DNA of 64,000 nt from the IMG/VR virus record IMGVR_UViG_2811995254_000001, positions 1-64,000 of that record. One strand, given 5' to 3'. This DNA comes from a virus. Lineage: Duplodnaviria > Caudoviricetes. Positions 17,479-28,551 of this stretch are shown here, piece after piece. Position 1 is the first letter of the stretch, and the number at the start of each line of letters is the position of its first letter. The notes below the pieces were generated by a model, which saw nothing but the letters and a program-made list of their open reading frames with translations, was not told the origin of the DNA and ran no database searches. Made by a program: the position numbers and the translations under genes.

Positions 17479-18183
17479 CTATTGTATTCCAATATTCGAT
17501 TTAACCCAAATTTTAATAGCTTCTTTCACTCCTTCTTGAACCAAGATTCGCACAAGGTTCCCTCCTTCTTTAGTCATAAAACCAAACAATCTTGATATTT
17601 TTTTAGATATCGTCTTTTTAGTTGATTTATAAATAGTTTGCCTTATATCTTGAATTCGCTCTTCTATCTCTTCTACTACTTTAGGAGAACTTTGTTCAAT
17701 AATTTTCTCCTTATCTTTTTCTATTTTAGTTTGTATTTCAGTCAATAAAAACTCTATTTTCTCTATTTGATGTAAGGGATATGGGTTAATTTCAGCATCT
17801 TCATCAATAATTTCGAAAGTATCATAATATTCTTCTGCAAATGATTCAACAATAGGGTCCTCTAAATCATCTATATATTTAAGTTGATTATACTTTGACA
17901 TCATAATCATCCAGCTTTCTAAACATTTCTTTAGATCAGAGATATCCATCCTTCTCTTATCTATTCCAATTATTGAATTTTCCTTAAAAGGTTTATAACT
18001 CACTTCCAAAATGTGATTGCTGCCATTTATTTCTTCCTTTTCTATTTTAAAATAGAAATCTGAATTAGGATCTATATCTACAAATTTTACTATACCCTCT
18101 TTCTTAATAGTATAAATATCTTTTCCTCTGCTATAGTACTCTTGAAGTACTTCCAAAAGTTTGATGGATGTATTTTTTTTCAT
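17479..18183 (-). CDS. Moron, hypothetical protein
   Basis: AT-rich ORF between a terminator and a late promoter. Confidence 0.75.
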   Translation of the reverse strand: MKKNTSIKLLEVLQEYYSRGKDIYTIKKEGIVKFVDIDPNSDFYFKIEKEEINGSNHILEVSYKPFKENSIIGIDKRRMDISDLKKCLESWMIMMSKYNQLKYIDDLEDPIVESFAEEYYDTFEIIDEDAEINPYPLHQIEKIEFLLTEIQTKIEKDKEKIIEQSSPKVVEEIEERIQDIRQTIYKSTKKTISKKISRLFGFMTKEGGNLVRILVQEGVKEAIKIWVKSNIGIQ

Positions 18184-18241
18184 ATTACATTTATAATAAA
18201 TGTAAATGTATAAAAAAAAGCACCCTTTCGAGTGCTTTAGA

Positions 18242-19264
18242 TTATTCTTTAAGTTTTTTCAAGATCCACTCTAAATCTCCTTTCACAGTCGGCCCAGGTT
18301 CTTTATTAAACTTTTCAATGTACTTCGCTGTAGCTTCTTCCAAAGTCATTTCTACTTTATTAGTAGCTTCTGCTTGAGTAGATGGAGTGTTTATTTCATG
18401 AACACTTCCTTTGTTAGCAGCTTCTAATTCAGCTCTCAACTTTGCAATTTCATCGTCTTTCGCTTGAAGTTCTTTTTCAGAAACTGTATTAACTGGGACA
18501 GAAGGAGTTTGTTCTTCTTGTTGAGTGCCAATACCTAGTTTTTGAGAAATAATCTGTAACATGTTGTAACTTTGCTCATTGTTTTGAGATAACAATCTTG
18601 CCAACTTCTCTACTCCAATTTCACCAGTACCCAATGTTAATATTAGGTTCTCAGTATCTGACCAAACCACAGCAGTATGTCCAAGATTTGTTTTTACAAT
18701 CTTATCAATAAATGCTTTAGCAGCTATAAATTGAGATTCGTAATCCATACCTTCAATTTTAGAAATAACTTGTGTAGGATTACTAAAGGCTAATTCTTTT
18801 AACTTAGCTATGGCCACAGTAGGTAAATAATGCATAGCATCTACACCTAATACAACGACACCTTTAGCTCTTACTTCTAAATCATTTGCTGACTCAATCA
18901 GTTTTAAAGCTTTCTCAATGTTGTTGTACTTAGATAAAGCCCTCTCACTTTCAATTTCTTCACTGAAGATTTCAAACTTTTTACCATAATGCGGATGTAA
19001 CTTTAATAGGGTAATTAAGTTTACATCTGTATTAGGAACAGTTAATTCAGTTTTGTTTGTTGAAGGATTAAATTCAAAAGCGGGAATCAATTGTGGCTTT
19101 AAATCTTTATTCTTGATATCTTCGACAAAGATAGAATCTTGACCTGGGTAGTATGCAGCAAATTTTAACCCAACTCCTTTTTTCTCAATCATTAAGCCAT
19201 TTTGCTTAACACTCCAACTTGTAGGACTTCCTTTTAATAAAACGAATGTTGTTGTATTTGACAT
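18242..19264 (-). CDS. Phage protein downstream of MCP
   Basis: 340-aa ORF. Confidence 0.75.
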   Translation of the reverse strand: MSNTTTFVLLKGSPTSWSVKQNGLMIEKKGVGLKFAAYYPGQDSIFVEDIKNKDLKPQLIPAFEFNPSTNKTELTVPNTDVNLITLLKLHPHYGKKFEIFSEEIESERALSKYNNIEKALKLIESANDLEVRAKGVVVLGVDAMHYLPTVAIAKLKELAFSNPTQVISKIEGMDYESQFIAAKAFIDKIVKTNLGHTAVVWSDTENLILTLGTGEIGVEKLARLLSQNNEQSYNMLQIISQKLGIGTQQEEQTPSVPVNTVSEKELQAKDDEIAKLRAELEAANKGSVHEINTPSTQAEATNKVEMTLEEATAKYIEKFNKEPGPTVKGDLEWILKKLKE

Positions 19265-19326
19265 GTTTTTATTTTTTACAGTTAAAAAAACAAGTAGGGA
19301 GACTAACTCCCCACCTTTATTTTATA

Positions 19327-20688
19327 TTACAGATAGAAACTATCTGATTTTCTTCCCACAAAGAAGTTATTTGCAGCAGCAATATCTACAGTTCCCTCAG
19401 TCAAATAAGTAACGAAAGATTTATCATCCTCTACTTGTTGACCAAATTTACCAAAGAACTTAACCTCTTTTTCTCTGTTTACTAATTCGTTTTTACGGTA
19501 ACGTAATTCTAAGTATGACTTAGAAATTGTATTACCGTTTTCAGTTACATAAGTGTTTCCAGAAGGAACAGCTACATAGGCAAAAGATGTTTTATCAAAA
19601 TTAGATGCACCTAATAATGTTGGATCATCTAAGATTGCCCAAGACACAAAATGGAATTGAACTCCATCAATGAAAATAGAAACGAAATCTAAATTCAAAG
19701 CCATATCCTTACTGTTGTTGAATGCTCCATAATTAGATCCATTCACAAAAGAAGCATTGATACTAGATGCTAATTCTCTAATTTTAGCCATCTGTTCATG
19801 CCCCATCCATAAAGTAAGTTCACGACAAGTTCCTTGTTTCTTTAAACGTAAAGCTAAGTTTGATAAATCAGCTAATGATAATATGAAGTCATTAGATACA
19901 TTTCCTCTTGATTCAATAATCGGGATAACCCCATTCATACCTTGAGCAAATCCAGCTTTAGTTGAAGCTGCATCATCATCTGCTCTTTCATGAGTTAAGA
20001 ATGTTAACTCATTCTTGTTATCATACAAAGTATTTGTACGTTCCATCTCAAGATTTACCCAACGAGGACCTTCTGGGGTATTAATCCATGTTTTGTGAGC
20101 CAAATCAGAATCAGCAATACCATAATACTCTTTAAAAATATGAGTATGGTTTGTGTAAATTGTAGGCTTCCAATGTTTGCCTTCTTTAAATCCTTTATCT
20201 CCCTTTAAGAAACGAGATGAAAAATCCGCATTTACTGTAACAGCAACAGTAGGAAAATCCCCCACAGCGTCATTTAATCCAATAAATTTCGTTTTGGAAA
20301 TAATTTGAGAAACAATTGCTTGATACTCATTTTCTCCATCAGAAATCTTCACGACATCGTTAACACGTAAGTTATGGGGCTTAGGGCAAGTAAACTCATT
20401 GTTTACAATCGTTACACCCGTAATAGAATTATGTAAACGATTCATTTCTGCATGTTGAATCATATCTGATTCATATCCACGACCTGTTGTTCCTGCAGTA
20501 GCACGTAAAAACCCTAAGATAGATCCTTTACCATTAGCAAAAACAAGTTCTGGAATTAATTCAGGTTGATAGTGCATTGCGAAATCATACAAATTGATAA
20601 AGTTATATGGAGTAGCCACTAACTCATTATTTGTATTCTCATTAATAGACAACCCTGATAAGTTATTTATTTGTAATTGATAAGCCAT
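19327..20688 (-). CDS. Major capsid protein
   Basis: 453 aa after scaffold; NHTHIFKEYY, GMNGVIPIIESRGN. Confidence 0.8.
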   Translation of the reverse strand: MAYQLQINNLSGLSINENTNNELVATPYNFINLYDFAMHYQPELIPELVFANGKGSILGFLRATAGTTGRGYESDMIQHAEMNRLHNSITGVTIVNNEFTCPKPHNLRVNDVVKISDGENEYQAIVSQIISKTKFIGLNDAVGDFPTVAVTVNADFSSRFLKGDKGFKEGKHWKPTIYTNHTHIFKEYYGIADSDLAHKTWINTPEGPRWVNLEMERTNTLYDNKNELTFLTHERADDDAASTKAGFAQGMNGVIPIIESRGNVSNDFILSLADLSNLALRLKKQGTCRELTLWMGHEQMAKIRELASSINASFVNGSNYGAFNNSKDMALNLDFVSIFIDGVQFHFVSWAILDDPTLLGASNFDKTSFAYVAVPSGNTYVTENGNTISKSYLELRYRKNELVNREKEVKFFGKFGQQVEDDKSFVTYLTEGTVDIAAANNFFVGRKSDSFYL

Positions 20689-20691
20689 TTT

Positions 20692-21732
20692 TTACCTATT
20701 TTGATTAAAAAATTCTTTAATAGTCATCGTTTTAGGCTTTTCTTGACTTGACAAATCATTTGATTGAGTTTGGTAATTAACGTTACCACGTTGTTTCATT
20801 ACTTCTTCAATTGCTTCAGCTCTCGCTTTATGCATTAAAGAAGAAATTGCAGTCTCTCTGTTTTTAGGGTTTAACCAAAAAACATCTTCAGCGAATTGCT
20901 TGTGGTTAAAACCTTGTTCGCTTTCATAGGTGTCTTGAACATACTTTCCTAAATCAGAAACTATTGACACAGCACTGCTCCTGTCGTTATCTGAATAGTT
21001 ATAGTCATAGTTCAATTCTTTTTGCTCTCCATTATCGTCAACCATAACTTTAAATGAAGTTGCTGTAACACTGTTCACAGCTTCTTGTACCATTTGGTTG
21101 TGTTTGACTTTGGTTTGTTGAGCAATTTCAAAATCAGATTTTTTCATATACGTACCATTGGCCAATGCTACATATTCATCTTGATTTGTATTTTGGTTCT
21201 GAGGAACTTCTTGTTTAGGGATTGGTTGTCTGTATTTTGACTGTTCTTCTAAGCGGGCATCTTTGATAGACTTTCCGTATTTTGACAACTCAATTAAATC
21301 ATTGGTAGTTAGGTTGTCCATATCATCAATGCCTAGTTTGCTTTGTAGGTAATCATTGATTTGATCATTAGATACTTTCATTCCTGATTCCTTAGCAACT
21401 TGAGCTCTTGCGAATTCAATAGGATGAATATCATCTAGATTCGTGCGTAAAGATTCAAACTCTTGACGTCCTCTTCCCGTTTCTTTTTTGTATTGAAAAA
21501 AGGCTCTGTCCTCATCATCCATTAAATCCTCATACGGATTCACTTCTTTTGTTTCAATCACCTTTTCAGGTTCTTTAAACAAGTCATCAAGTGAGTAAAC
21601 CTCTCTACCTTGTTCTTTAAAGTAATTCAACACAGCTGTTTCATCAACTGTATTTACTACTGGTGTTTCTTGTTCAGCAGGTGGATTCCCATTTACATCT
21701 GGTAAGTCATTAGTATTATTTCCTTCGTTCAT
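20692..21732 (-). CDS. Capsid scaffolding protein
   Basis: Acidic; between portal and MCP; FFQYKKETGRG motif. Confidence 0.7.
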   Translation of the reverse strand: MNEGNNTNDLPDVNGNPPAEQETPVVNTVDETAVLNYFKEQGREVYSLDDLFKEPEKVIETKEVNPYEDLMDDEDRAFFQYKKETGRGRQEFESLRTNLDDIHPIEFARAQVAKESGMKVSNDQINDYLQSKLGIDDMDNLTTNDLIELSKYGKSIKDARLEEQSKYRQPIPKQEVPQNQNTNQDEYVALANGTYMKKSDFEIAQQTKVKHNQMVQEAVNSVTATSFKVMVDDNGEQKELNYDYNYSDNDRSSAVSIVSDLGKYVQDTYESEQGFNHKQFAEDVFWLNPKNRETAISSLMHKARAEAIEEVMKQRGNVNYQTQSNDLSSQEKPKTMTIKEFFNQNR

Positions 21733-21831
21733 AGCAATTTTGTTAATAGATTAAAACTATCAAGTAGTTCAAAGATAATAAATAAAACTTATTTTACATG
21801 TAATTTATATAAAATATTACATGTAAAAATA

Positions 21832-24216
21832 TTATTCAAGCCAACTACTTTCCTCAAAATCAATTGGTGCTAAATTATTATGTCTTTGAGTAATCATTTT
21901 TGATTGTTGAGAAGCTTGTATTTTGGTTCGTTCATCTTTTTTTGATTCCTTATAAGCTTCCAAGTTTTCTTTTCCTTTAGCAGCAATCTGTGCTAAATAC
22001 ACATCTTGTTGAAACTTCTCGTCTTCTTTTGGTTTGTTAACCTCATTCATCGCTTGCTGTTTCATCACTTCGATTTGTGCCATTTCGGAAGCGAATTGTA
22101 GATCAATCTGTTTCTTATATTGGTAAGCTTCAGTTTCAGATTGAACTCTAGATTGAGCAGCCATTGCATCAGCTTGAGATTTAACTTGAAGCATTCTCTC
22201 GTTTTCATCTGCTTTCATCTGCATATTCTTTCTACGGCGATACGCTAAGTATTGTTTTGCTAGTTTTGGATTAGTTTTAAAGATGTTCATTGCCTCGGAT
22301 TTTTCTTCAACCGAAATAGAACCTTCTTGTAAAGCAATATTCATATCTTCTCTAAATTCTTGCATAGCTTCCATTGCAGGGACGATATTGAATGTAAATC
22401 CAAACTCATGAAGATGTCTATTCTTTAAAACAGATAAATGATCATTGAAGTGCTTTGAAATTACGTTATCATATAATTTTCGAATATGAGAAGCTTCTGA
22501 ATAGTTGTAGATCGATTGAATACGTGTAGAAATCAATTCGCTTAATTTCAATCGGAATCTTACCCAAGTATCTACGATATCTTTTGTTGCACGGTTACCT
22601 GCTAATCGGTTCATTTCAGAAACTCCAACTAGTGCGTTTGAACCGATAGAGCCATCTACAGCTGGGTTAATACCAGTATTCTCACGAATTAAATTATAGT
22701 CATTTGCCCAACTGTTCAATAAGGTGGTTATTTGATTCCCTTGGCCAGCAGGTTTTACATTTACTGCTCCAGCATCTTTGATTCCATCTTCACCAAGATT
22801 AATTCTTTTTTTAAGTACAATACTTTTAGTTTCGAATAAATCAAATGCTTCTTGCCAGGCTGCTCTTTTAGTCCCTCCTTCACTTGGTAATTCTGCTAAT
22901 GAATCTAAATCTATCTCAATTACATCCGATCTCAACTCGTTCAATAACTGTTTAATCTTTAAAGCTGTTAACTGCATTCCATCTGCGATAACTTCTATTT
23001 CATCAGTAAACGAATACAGCTTGTTGTTATAGATATCAAGTGCATGTGTTAGGAATGGCGACATCGCTTTGTTCATCACATCGTCATACATATTCTCACA
23101 TTCTTTCCACCCATATAAATAATCAGTACCAATAACATAGTTACCTTCAAACCAAGTGTCAAATGTTTTTTCTAAAGTTCCTGCATCAATTCTGTTTGGT
23201 GCTTCAAAATCTTCATTTCGTTTAGATAATTTTACTACTTCTCCTTTTCTTATTTTTTGCTTGTACTTAATTGTTTTGACTGTTTTCCAAGCGAATCGAA
23301 GCACATCAACCTTATGACCTTGTAGTTTGTCATAGTTTTCTGCAGGAGTCAATCCTGTATTCCAATTATAACCATATCCTTTGGCTACATCTCTAGCTTT
23401 TTCTAAACTAAGTCCGCTCTCTCTAATCAAATCAGAAACAGTAATCGTATCAACAACCCCTTCGTAGAACTTGTCATCGAAATTATTTTTCTTGACAAAA
23501 GAGTGCACATAGTTTTCAGGGTCCACATAAGCTAATTTTACTCCATCGCTTTTGTCGGTATAAACACGAGTAATCATGATACCACAGTTGACTAAATCTG
23601 CACGAAGTTGGGCATCAAGTTCTAGCCAATCATTTGTTTTAAGAATCCAATCGATTAGTAGCTCTTCAGCAATTTCAATTTTTGGTCTGTCTTTTATTGC
23701 AACAAATAATTCAAGTTCTTCTTCGTCTTCAGGTACAAATGAATTAGGCATTAAATCGATTCCTAATTCTTTTTTTGCTTTGTTTAATAGACCAGAGCTT
23801 GTCATGTATTTTCGATACTCATTCATCTTCTCTTCATTCATTTTAACCGTTATCTTATCGGTTGAACGAATATCAAGGGAATAGTTCTCAGGCGACATGC
23901 CATTGATCACAATGTTACAGAATTTTCGAGCGATATTGATATATCGGAAGTCAATGTTTAGATACTTTAAGCTGTTTTTATTACTCGCTAAAAGCTTTTT
24001 GAATTGATTAACGTCTTTCTCCCCACGAACAAACTTTCGTTTATTTACAATAGACTCTCGTCGAGTATTGAAAGCGCAATTACCACTTCCTATAATTCCA
24101 CCTGCAAACCATTGGCTAGAAATGAATCTTGCCACATTAAGTCCGCACTCTTTATCTTTCTTTTGCTCAAATGGAACAAAAGGATCTATCGGTTTTAAAT
24201 TGTTATCTTGTTTCAT
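21832..24216 (-). CDS. Portal protein
   Basis: 794 aa after TerL; YVDPENYVHS, IRENTGINPAVDGS, coiled-coil C-terminus. Confidence 0.85.
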   Translation of the reverse strand: MKQDNNLKPIDPFVPFEQKKDKECGLNVARFISSQWFAGGIIGSGNCAFNTRRESIVNKRKFVRGEKDVNQFKKLLASNKNSLKYLNIDFRYINIARKFCNIVINGMSPENYSLDIRSTDKITVKMNEEKMNEYRKYMTSSGLLNKAKKELGIDLMPNSFVPEDEEELELFVAIKDRPKIEIAEELLIDWILKTNDWLELDAQLRADLVNCGIMITRVYTDKSDGVKLAYVDPENYVHSFVKKNNFDDKFYEGVVDTITVSDLIRESGLSLEKARDVAKGYGYNWNTGLTPAENYDKLQGHKVDVLRFAWKTVKTIKYKQKIRKGEVVKLSKRNEDFEAPNRIDAGTLEKTFDTWFEGNYVIGTDYLYGWKECENMYDDVMNKAMSPFLTHALDIYNNKLYSFTDEIEVIADGMQLTALKIKQLLNELRSDVIEIDLDSLAELPSEGGTKRAAWQEAFDLFETKSIVLKKRINLGEDGIKDAGAVNVKPAGQGNQITTLLNSWANDYNLIRENTGINPAVDGSIGSNALVGVSEMNRLAGNRATKDIVDTWVRFRLKLSELISTRIQSIYNYSEASHIRKLYDNVISKHFNDHLSVLKNRHLHEFGFTFNIVPAMEAMQEFREDMNIALQEGSISVEEKSEAMNIFKTNPKLAKQYLAYRRRKNMQMKADENERMLQVKSQADAMAAQSRVQSETEAYQYKKQIDLQFASEMAQIEVMKQQAMNEVNKPKEDEKFQQDVYLAQIAAKGKENLEAYKESKKDERTKIQASQQSKMITQRHNNLAPIDFEESSWLE

Positions 24217-26446
24217 ATGCTTTAGAAATGTAACCTGAGTTATCGTATGTAGTGAATGGATTTATATCTAGTGGTTTTTCGGGTTCTTCTAGTTGGACTT
24301 TTACCCTACTTTGATTTGCAAGTAATGCGAGTGAGGAAGAGATGTAGGCATCATATTTGGTTCTCTTTGTTGTGTCAACTTCCTTCCATTGAATTAATGT
24401 TCTAGTAAAGGGCATGTTTCCCATTTCTCCAATTGACCTGTTTGAACTATCCCTTGCTACTCCTATATGATCTTCAATAAAAGCTTCTACAGCGTAAAAT
24501 TGTTGTTCACCTATTTTACCATCTTGTGGAGGAACACCTCCAAACTCTTGTTCAGTTGCAGATAATTCTTTCCATTTCTTGAAAGGATTATTTAATACAA
24601 AATGTCGATACCCCCTATCTTTGATATATTGTAGAAACTTTTCATTCGAGAGTTCTGGTAAGAAAGGCATTGAGTAATAAACATGAACCATAATTACATC
24701 CTCAAAGAATAGTTCTACTTTCTTTGCTCTATCAATGTATTCTACAATAAATGCGTAATTGGGAAAATAGGTATTGTATTTAGTGACAATATGTATTGAA
24801 CCTTGAGAACCTCTGCCATCTACTGTTTTACTACGGTTATAAGGATCCACAGCTCCAGCGCCTATATGAGAATTTTTAGGAGCCCAAGCTAAAATCCCAT
24901 GAAACATTCTCTTCTCTTTCAAGTTTCGTATTTCTTGAGGTGGGTGGCATCCTTTTCTGATCCAGAATCTTCCATTTATTGGGTCTGGTCGCCAAATAAC
25001 TTCAGTATCTTGAATACCATCTTTCCATGTGAAATTACCTCTCTCAATATCATCATTGACATAAGTGTTCGCATCCTCGTCAAGTTCTTCTGAATTATGT
25101 TCTATTTGTTCTGTTAGATGTACAATATTGAAATCACAGTCATCACTTTCGTCACGGAAAGCATCTGATGGAGAGTCTGGAAATTGACGTTTAAATTCAT
25201 ATTCTTTTTCGGGATCATCTTTTAAAGCTTCAATTTCTTGTTTCAAGAATGTATCTGCACCAATTGAAACTTTTTTCCCAAGGTCATTTGTAGTAGGTTC
25301 TTTCGGGTCCTCAACAATACTAAATCCATATTCGTCAAAGAAACCTTCTAAACAATATTTAGCAGCAATAAATATTCGATATAATCCTGACTTGGTTTGA
25401 CCGTTCTTGTTTCGGTTTGATATATTGCTATCATCCCAAATTTTCTTGAATCCTGCACCACCTTTTTTCATTGCGTTTACAGTAGAAACAACCATCGATT
25501 TACCGACGATATTACTACCTAGTCTGTGGGCTGTTTTTACAATTTGCCAATATTCATCAAATGGTACTTCTTTAGGGTATTTTCCTGATTCATCCAAGAG
25601 AGAACGGAATATTTCCTCACCATCCATCGCGTTCATCTCTGTATTATGCCAGGAGATAGAAGTGTCAAGTCCTTGGCCTTCTTCTACTGTTTCGCCTTGC
25701 TTACGTTTTTTGGTTTGCTCAGTGAATACAAGTTCTGTTTTTGGAGTATTGGTACCGTCTGTTTCCGGTTTAAAGAAAGGAGGATAACGTTTAAAGGCAC
25801 GTACTAAGCGATTGAAAATCTTTTTAGCATCACTACCTTTCTTGGAAATCATACCAAGTATTTTATTTTCATGGATAGAACCGCTTTCAAGCATTTCATT
25901 ATTACCAAGTGCGGATGCTCCAAAACGTCTATTCTTAACGTACTGCATTCCATAACAGCGTTCATCAGCTTTACAAGCCTCCCAAAAAATCATTAATTCA
26001 TTTTGAATAATACGAAGCTTTGGATAATCAGAACCTTCACGAAACCATTGTAGAAAATGCCAGTAGGTACCAGTCATGTAAACTGGATTGCCATTTAAGT
26101 AAATCCAAACCCCTTCATCACGGTACTTGAATTGCCGTTCTACAAATTCAGTAAACTTTGCATCCCAACAATTTTCAGCATTCATTCCTTTGGGTAATTC
26201 TTCTCGTACCCATTTTTGAAGCTTTTGAGGTTTGTCAAAATTGATTATTTCTTTTTTATCAGGTATTTGAGGTAACCCGATTGGTATGCCATAAACATCA
26301 AATATTTCGCCAAGAGTACCATCTTTTGAAATAATTACAACATCTATAATAGCGTTATAACCATACTCCCAAGATTTTGTTTTATTCTTGGCAATACGGA
26401 GTTTTTCATCAACTCTATCTTCAATCTTGGTACCTAAGTAATACAT
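24203..26446 (-). CDS. Terminase large subunit
   Basis: KNRRFGAS Walker A-like, LLDESGK Walker B, VSTVN, GAVDPY nuclease motif. Confidence 0.92.
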   Translation of the reverse strand: MYYLGTKIEDRVDEKLRIAKNKTKSWEYGYNAIIDVVIISKDGTLGEIFDVYGIPIGLPQIPDKKEIINFDKPQKLQKWVREELPKGMNAENCWDAKFTEFVERQFKYRDEGVWIYLNGNPVYMTGTYWHFLQWFREGSDYPKLRIIQNELMIFWEACKADERCYGMQYVKNRRFGASALGNNEMLESGSIHENKILGMISKKGSDAKKIFNRLVRAFKRYPPFFKPETDGTNTPKTELVFTEQTKKRKQGETVEEGQGLDTSISWHNTEMNAMDGEEIFRSLLDESGKYPKEVPFDEYWQIVKTAHRLGSNIVGKSMVVSTVNAMKKGGAGFKKIWDDSNISNRNKNGQTKSGLYRIFIAAKYCLEGFFDEYGFSIVEDPKEPTTNDLGKKVSIGADTFLKQEIEALKDDPEKEYEFKRQFPDSPSDAFRDESDDCDFNIVHLTEQIEHNSEELDEDANTYVNDDIERGNFTWKDGIQDTEVIWRPDPINGRFWIRKGCHPPQEIRNLKEKRMFHGILAWAPKNSHIGAGAVDPYNRSKTVDGRGSQGSIHIVTKYNTYFPNYAFIVEYIDRAKKVELFFEDVIMVHVYYSMPFLPELSNEKFLQYIKDRGYRHFVLNNPFKKWKELSATEQEFGGVPPQDGKIGEQQFYAVEAFIEDHIGVARDSSNRSIGEMGNMPFTRTLIQWKEVDTTKRTKYDAYISSSLALLANQSRVKVQLEEPEKPLDINPFTTYDNSGYISKAYETR

Positions 26447-26491
26447 TCCTATTTAAGCTTTTAAACTTCAATAGGCTTTTTGTTTTGACAA

Positions 26492-26851
26492 TTATTTTTT
26501 GGTGTGCCTTTTTAATGGGTTTTTATTGGCTGGTGTAGATTTCGCTTCTTCTTCATTTTCTACAACATCCCAAAATGTAGGATCGTGTAATTCTCTTTCT
26601 AATTCGTTTATTTTACCTAAAATACCATTTGCTCTATCCAAAGCAGCATCTCGTACGCCAATAAATGAGTAGAGTTGTTGTTCTGCTGTTCTGATAGTAT
26701 TCCCATCTTCATCGTCTTCATCTTCAAAATCAGGAAGTTTTTTAGAAACAGCCTCAAAAGTCATATCAACCAATTTTTGATATTTTTCAATAAGCTTTGG
26801 TATTTCTTCCTCTCTTTGCTTTTGTAATTTTCCGTTACTCATACTATCCAA
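26492..26851 (-). CDS. Putative terminase small subunit
   Basis: 119-aa helical ORF immediately upstream of TerL. Confidence 0.55.
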   Translation of the reverse strand: MDSMSNGKLQKQREEEIPKLIEKYQKLVDMTFEAVSKKLPDFEDEDDEDGNTIRTAEQQLYSFIGVRDAALDRANGILGKINELERELHDPTFWDVVENEEEAKSTPANKNPLKRHTKK

Positions 26852-27437
26852 CTTTAGCTAAACAATCTTTTGTTCTAATCCAAGTATATTCTTTACCATC
26901 GATATACACATCAACTCCGTAGTAGTCATTATATCGGATGGTGTCGCCCTTACTTACTTCATCCCTAAGCAAATCATCATTTGGAATTTCGACAATAGCC
27001 ACTCCTTTTAATGCTTTAGGTTTTGAAATTTCAGTAATTATTAAACCGGATTTCTTTTCTTCTCCTGAATCCATCACTTTAGAAACGATTACATTTTCAT
27101 TAAAACCCTTCCATTCGCTATTTTCATCCTTTCGGATAGCAAGTATCATGTTTGCTTGAACTTTAAAGAAACCTTTGTGTCCTGATATTTCATTATTAGC
27201 TCCTTTCCCATGGTCATAAAGGTTTTGAAAATAAATAGTCGGATCAATAAAAGCTTGATATCCTACAATGTCCTCGTCTTCATAGTTTAATGGCATTGCT
27301 TTAATTTCTACTTCTCTTTGAGCCAATCTCTTTTGTAGGAATCGGTTATCTCCAAAAAGTTCTAATCCACTTTCTGTTTTAAAAGTTTCATTAAAGACAA
27401 TGTCTGTATAAACAATAAAGTCATGTATTGATTTCAT
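26844..27437 (-). CDS. Tandem GroES-like domain protein
   Basis: KTESGLEL and EKKSGLII mobile-loop motifs; KGDTIRY...IDGKEY. Confidence 0.65.
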   Translation of the reverse strand: MKSIHDFIVYTDIVFNETFKTESGLELFGDNRFLQKRLAQREVEIKAMPLNYEDEDIVGYQAFIDPTIYFQNLYDHGKGANNEISGHKGFFKVQANMILAIRKDENSEWKGFNENVIVSKVMDSGEEKKSGLIITEISKPKALKGVAIVEIPNDDLLRDEVSKGDTIRYNDYYGVDVYIDGKEYTWIRTKDCLAKVG

Positions 27438-27528
27438 AGATAAAAACTATTACAAGTTAATTCAAAGATAGAAAAATTCTATGTAAATTTTATACAAATT
27501 CAATACAAAACAATAAAACCGATTATTA

Positions 27529-27966
27529 TTATAATCGGCTTAGTTTTTTTAAGGGTTTCCTAAATATGTAAATAAGAAATACTACTATAATTAAAGGCAG
27601 AATAATCCCCCACCAATTGAACTGCTTTCGGTCAGTTATTTTATCTTTTGTTGTGCTCTTATCCTTGGTGCTTTCTTGAATATCCTCTTCTTTTTTATTT
27701 TCTTTTTCAACACTTTCTTCTTTTCCTTTTTCCTTTTCTTCGGAACTTGGGTTATAGATTGTTCGTTTACCGTTTTGTTCAACTATCGAATCGGCTTTAA
27801 AAACTCTTGAAGTCTCGTATATTTTAATCTTACTTCTTTCAATTTCAAGCTCTTTTATTTTTACACTAAGATTGGTTTCGATATCATTGATTCTCTTTTG
27901 TAATTCTACTTTACGCGAACCGCAGTTCATTAAAAGAATTGAGAGTAGGATGATTGAATACTTCAT
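27529..27966 (-). CDS. Putative spanin (lipoprotein with C-terminal TM)
   Basis: LMNC lipobox, coiled coil, C-terminal TM; follows endolysin. Confidence 0.65.
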   Translation of the reverse strand: MKYSIILLSILLMNCGSRKVELQKRINDIETNLSVKIKELEIERSKIKIYETSRVFKADSIVEQNGKRTIYNPSSEEKEKGKEESVEKENKKEEDIQESTKDKSTTKDKITDRKQFNWWGIILPLIIVVFLIYIFRKPLKKLSRL

Positions 27967-27968
27967 GA

Positions 27969-28511
27969 CTATTTATTTTTATCCCATTTTATTAACCACT
28001 CAAGCACAATCTCAACCAAGCAATCTTCATTATCGTGGAATGCTTTCATATCTCCAGTATTGGTAATAAAACAAAACTCAATAAGAACAGTAATACCTCC
28101 TTTTGACAAAATACCTATTTTACCTCTTGCGGTTTGTGATTCTTTTCTAACACCTCTATTGGGAATTCCCATAGATTTAGAACAATTATCAACAAGTTCT
28201 TGGGCGGCAATTAAGGTTTCAACGCTTGCATTGTCATGAACAAATACTCCACAACCAGTTGCAGTAGGTCCTGCTGCGTCAAGGTGCATATCTAAAAGTA
28301 CGTCCCCTTTTACAGGTCTTATTCTAGATTGGTATTGTGAATTTGTTTCATGATTTTGGTCAGTAATATACTTATGACCTTTTTGTTCAAGTCTTTTGAT
28401 AAGTTTGTTTCTAAACCTATCCATTTCTTTCATTTCGGTAAATCCATTTGCGACTGCTCCAGGATCTTTGTCGTGATGTCCCGCACTAGGATAAGACATT
28501 TCGTTTGCCAT
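27969..28511 (-). CDS. Endolysin, N-acetylmuramoyl-L-alanine amidase (Amidase_3)
   Basis: SAGH..DPGA..E, DMHLDA, VLIEFCFITN. Confidence 0.92.
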   Translation of the reverse strand: MANEMSYPSAGHHDKDPGAVANGFTEMKEMDRFRNKLIKRLEQKGHKYITDQNHETNSQYQSRIRPVKGDVLLDMHLDAAGPTATGCGVFVHDNASVETLIAAQELVDNCSKSMGIPNRGVRKESQTARGKIGILSKGGITVLIEFCFITNTGDMKAFHDNEDCLVEIVLEWLIKWDKNK

Positions 28512-28551
28512 TTCAATTCTATTAAAAGTGAAAGGCTTTTTGTTTTGACAA

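Noticed and set aside
22778-25787. Antisense ORFs within portal and terminase (and similar ones in 44359-52506)
   Set aside because: Ser/Leu/Phe-rich shadow frames of real genes with no independent signals.
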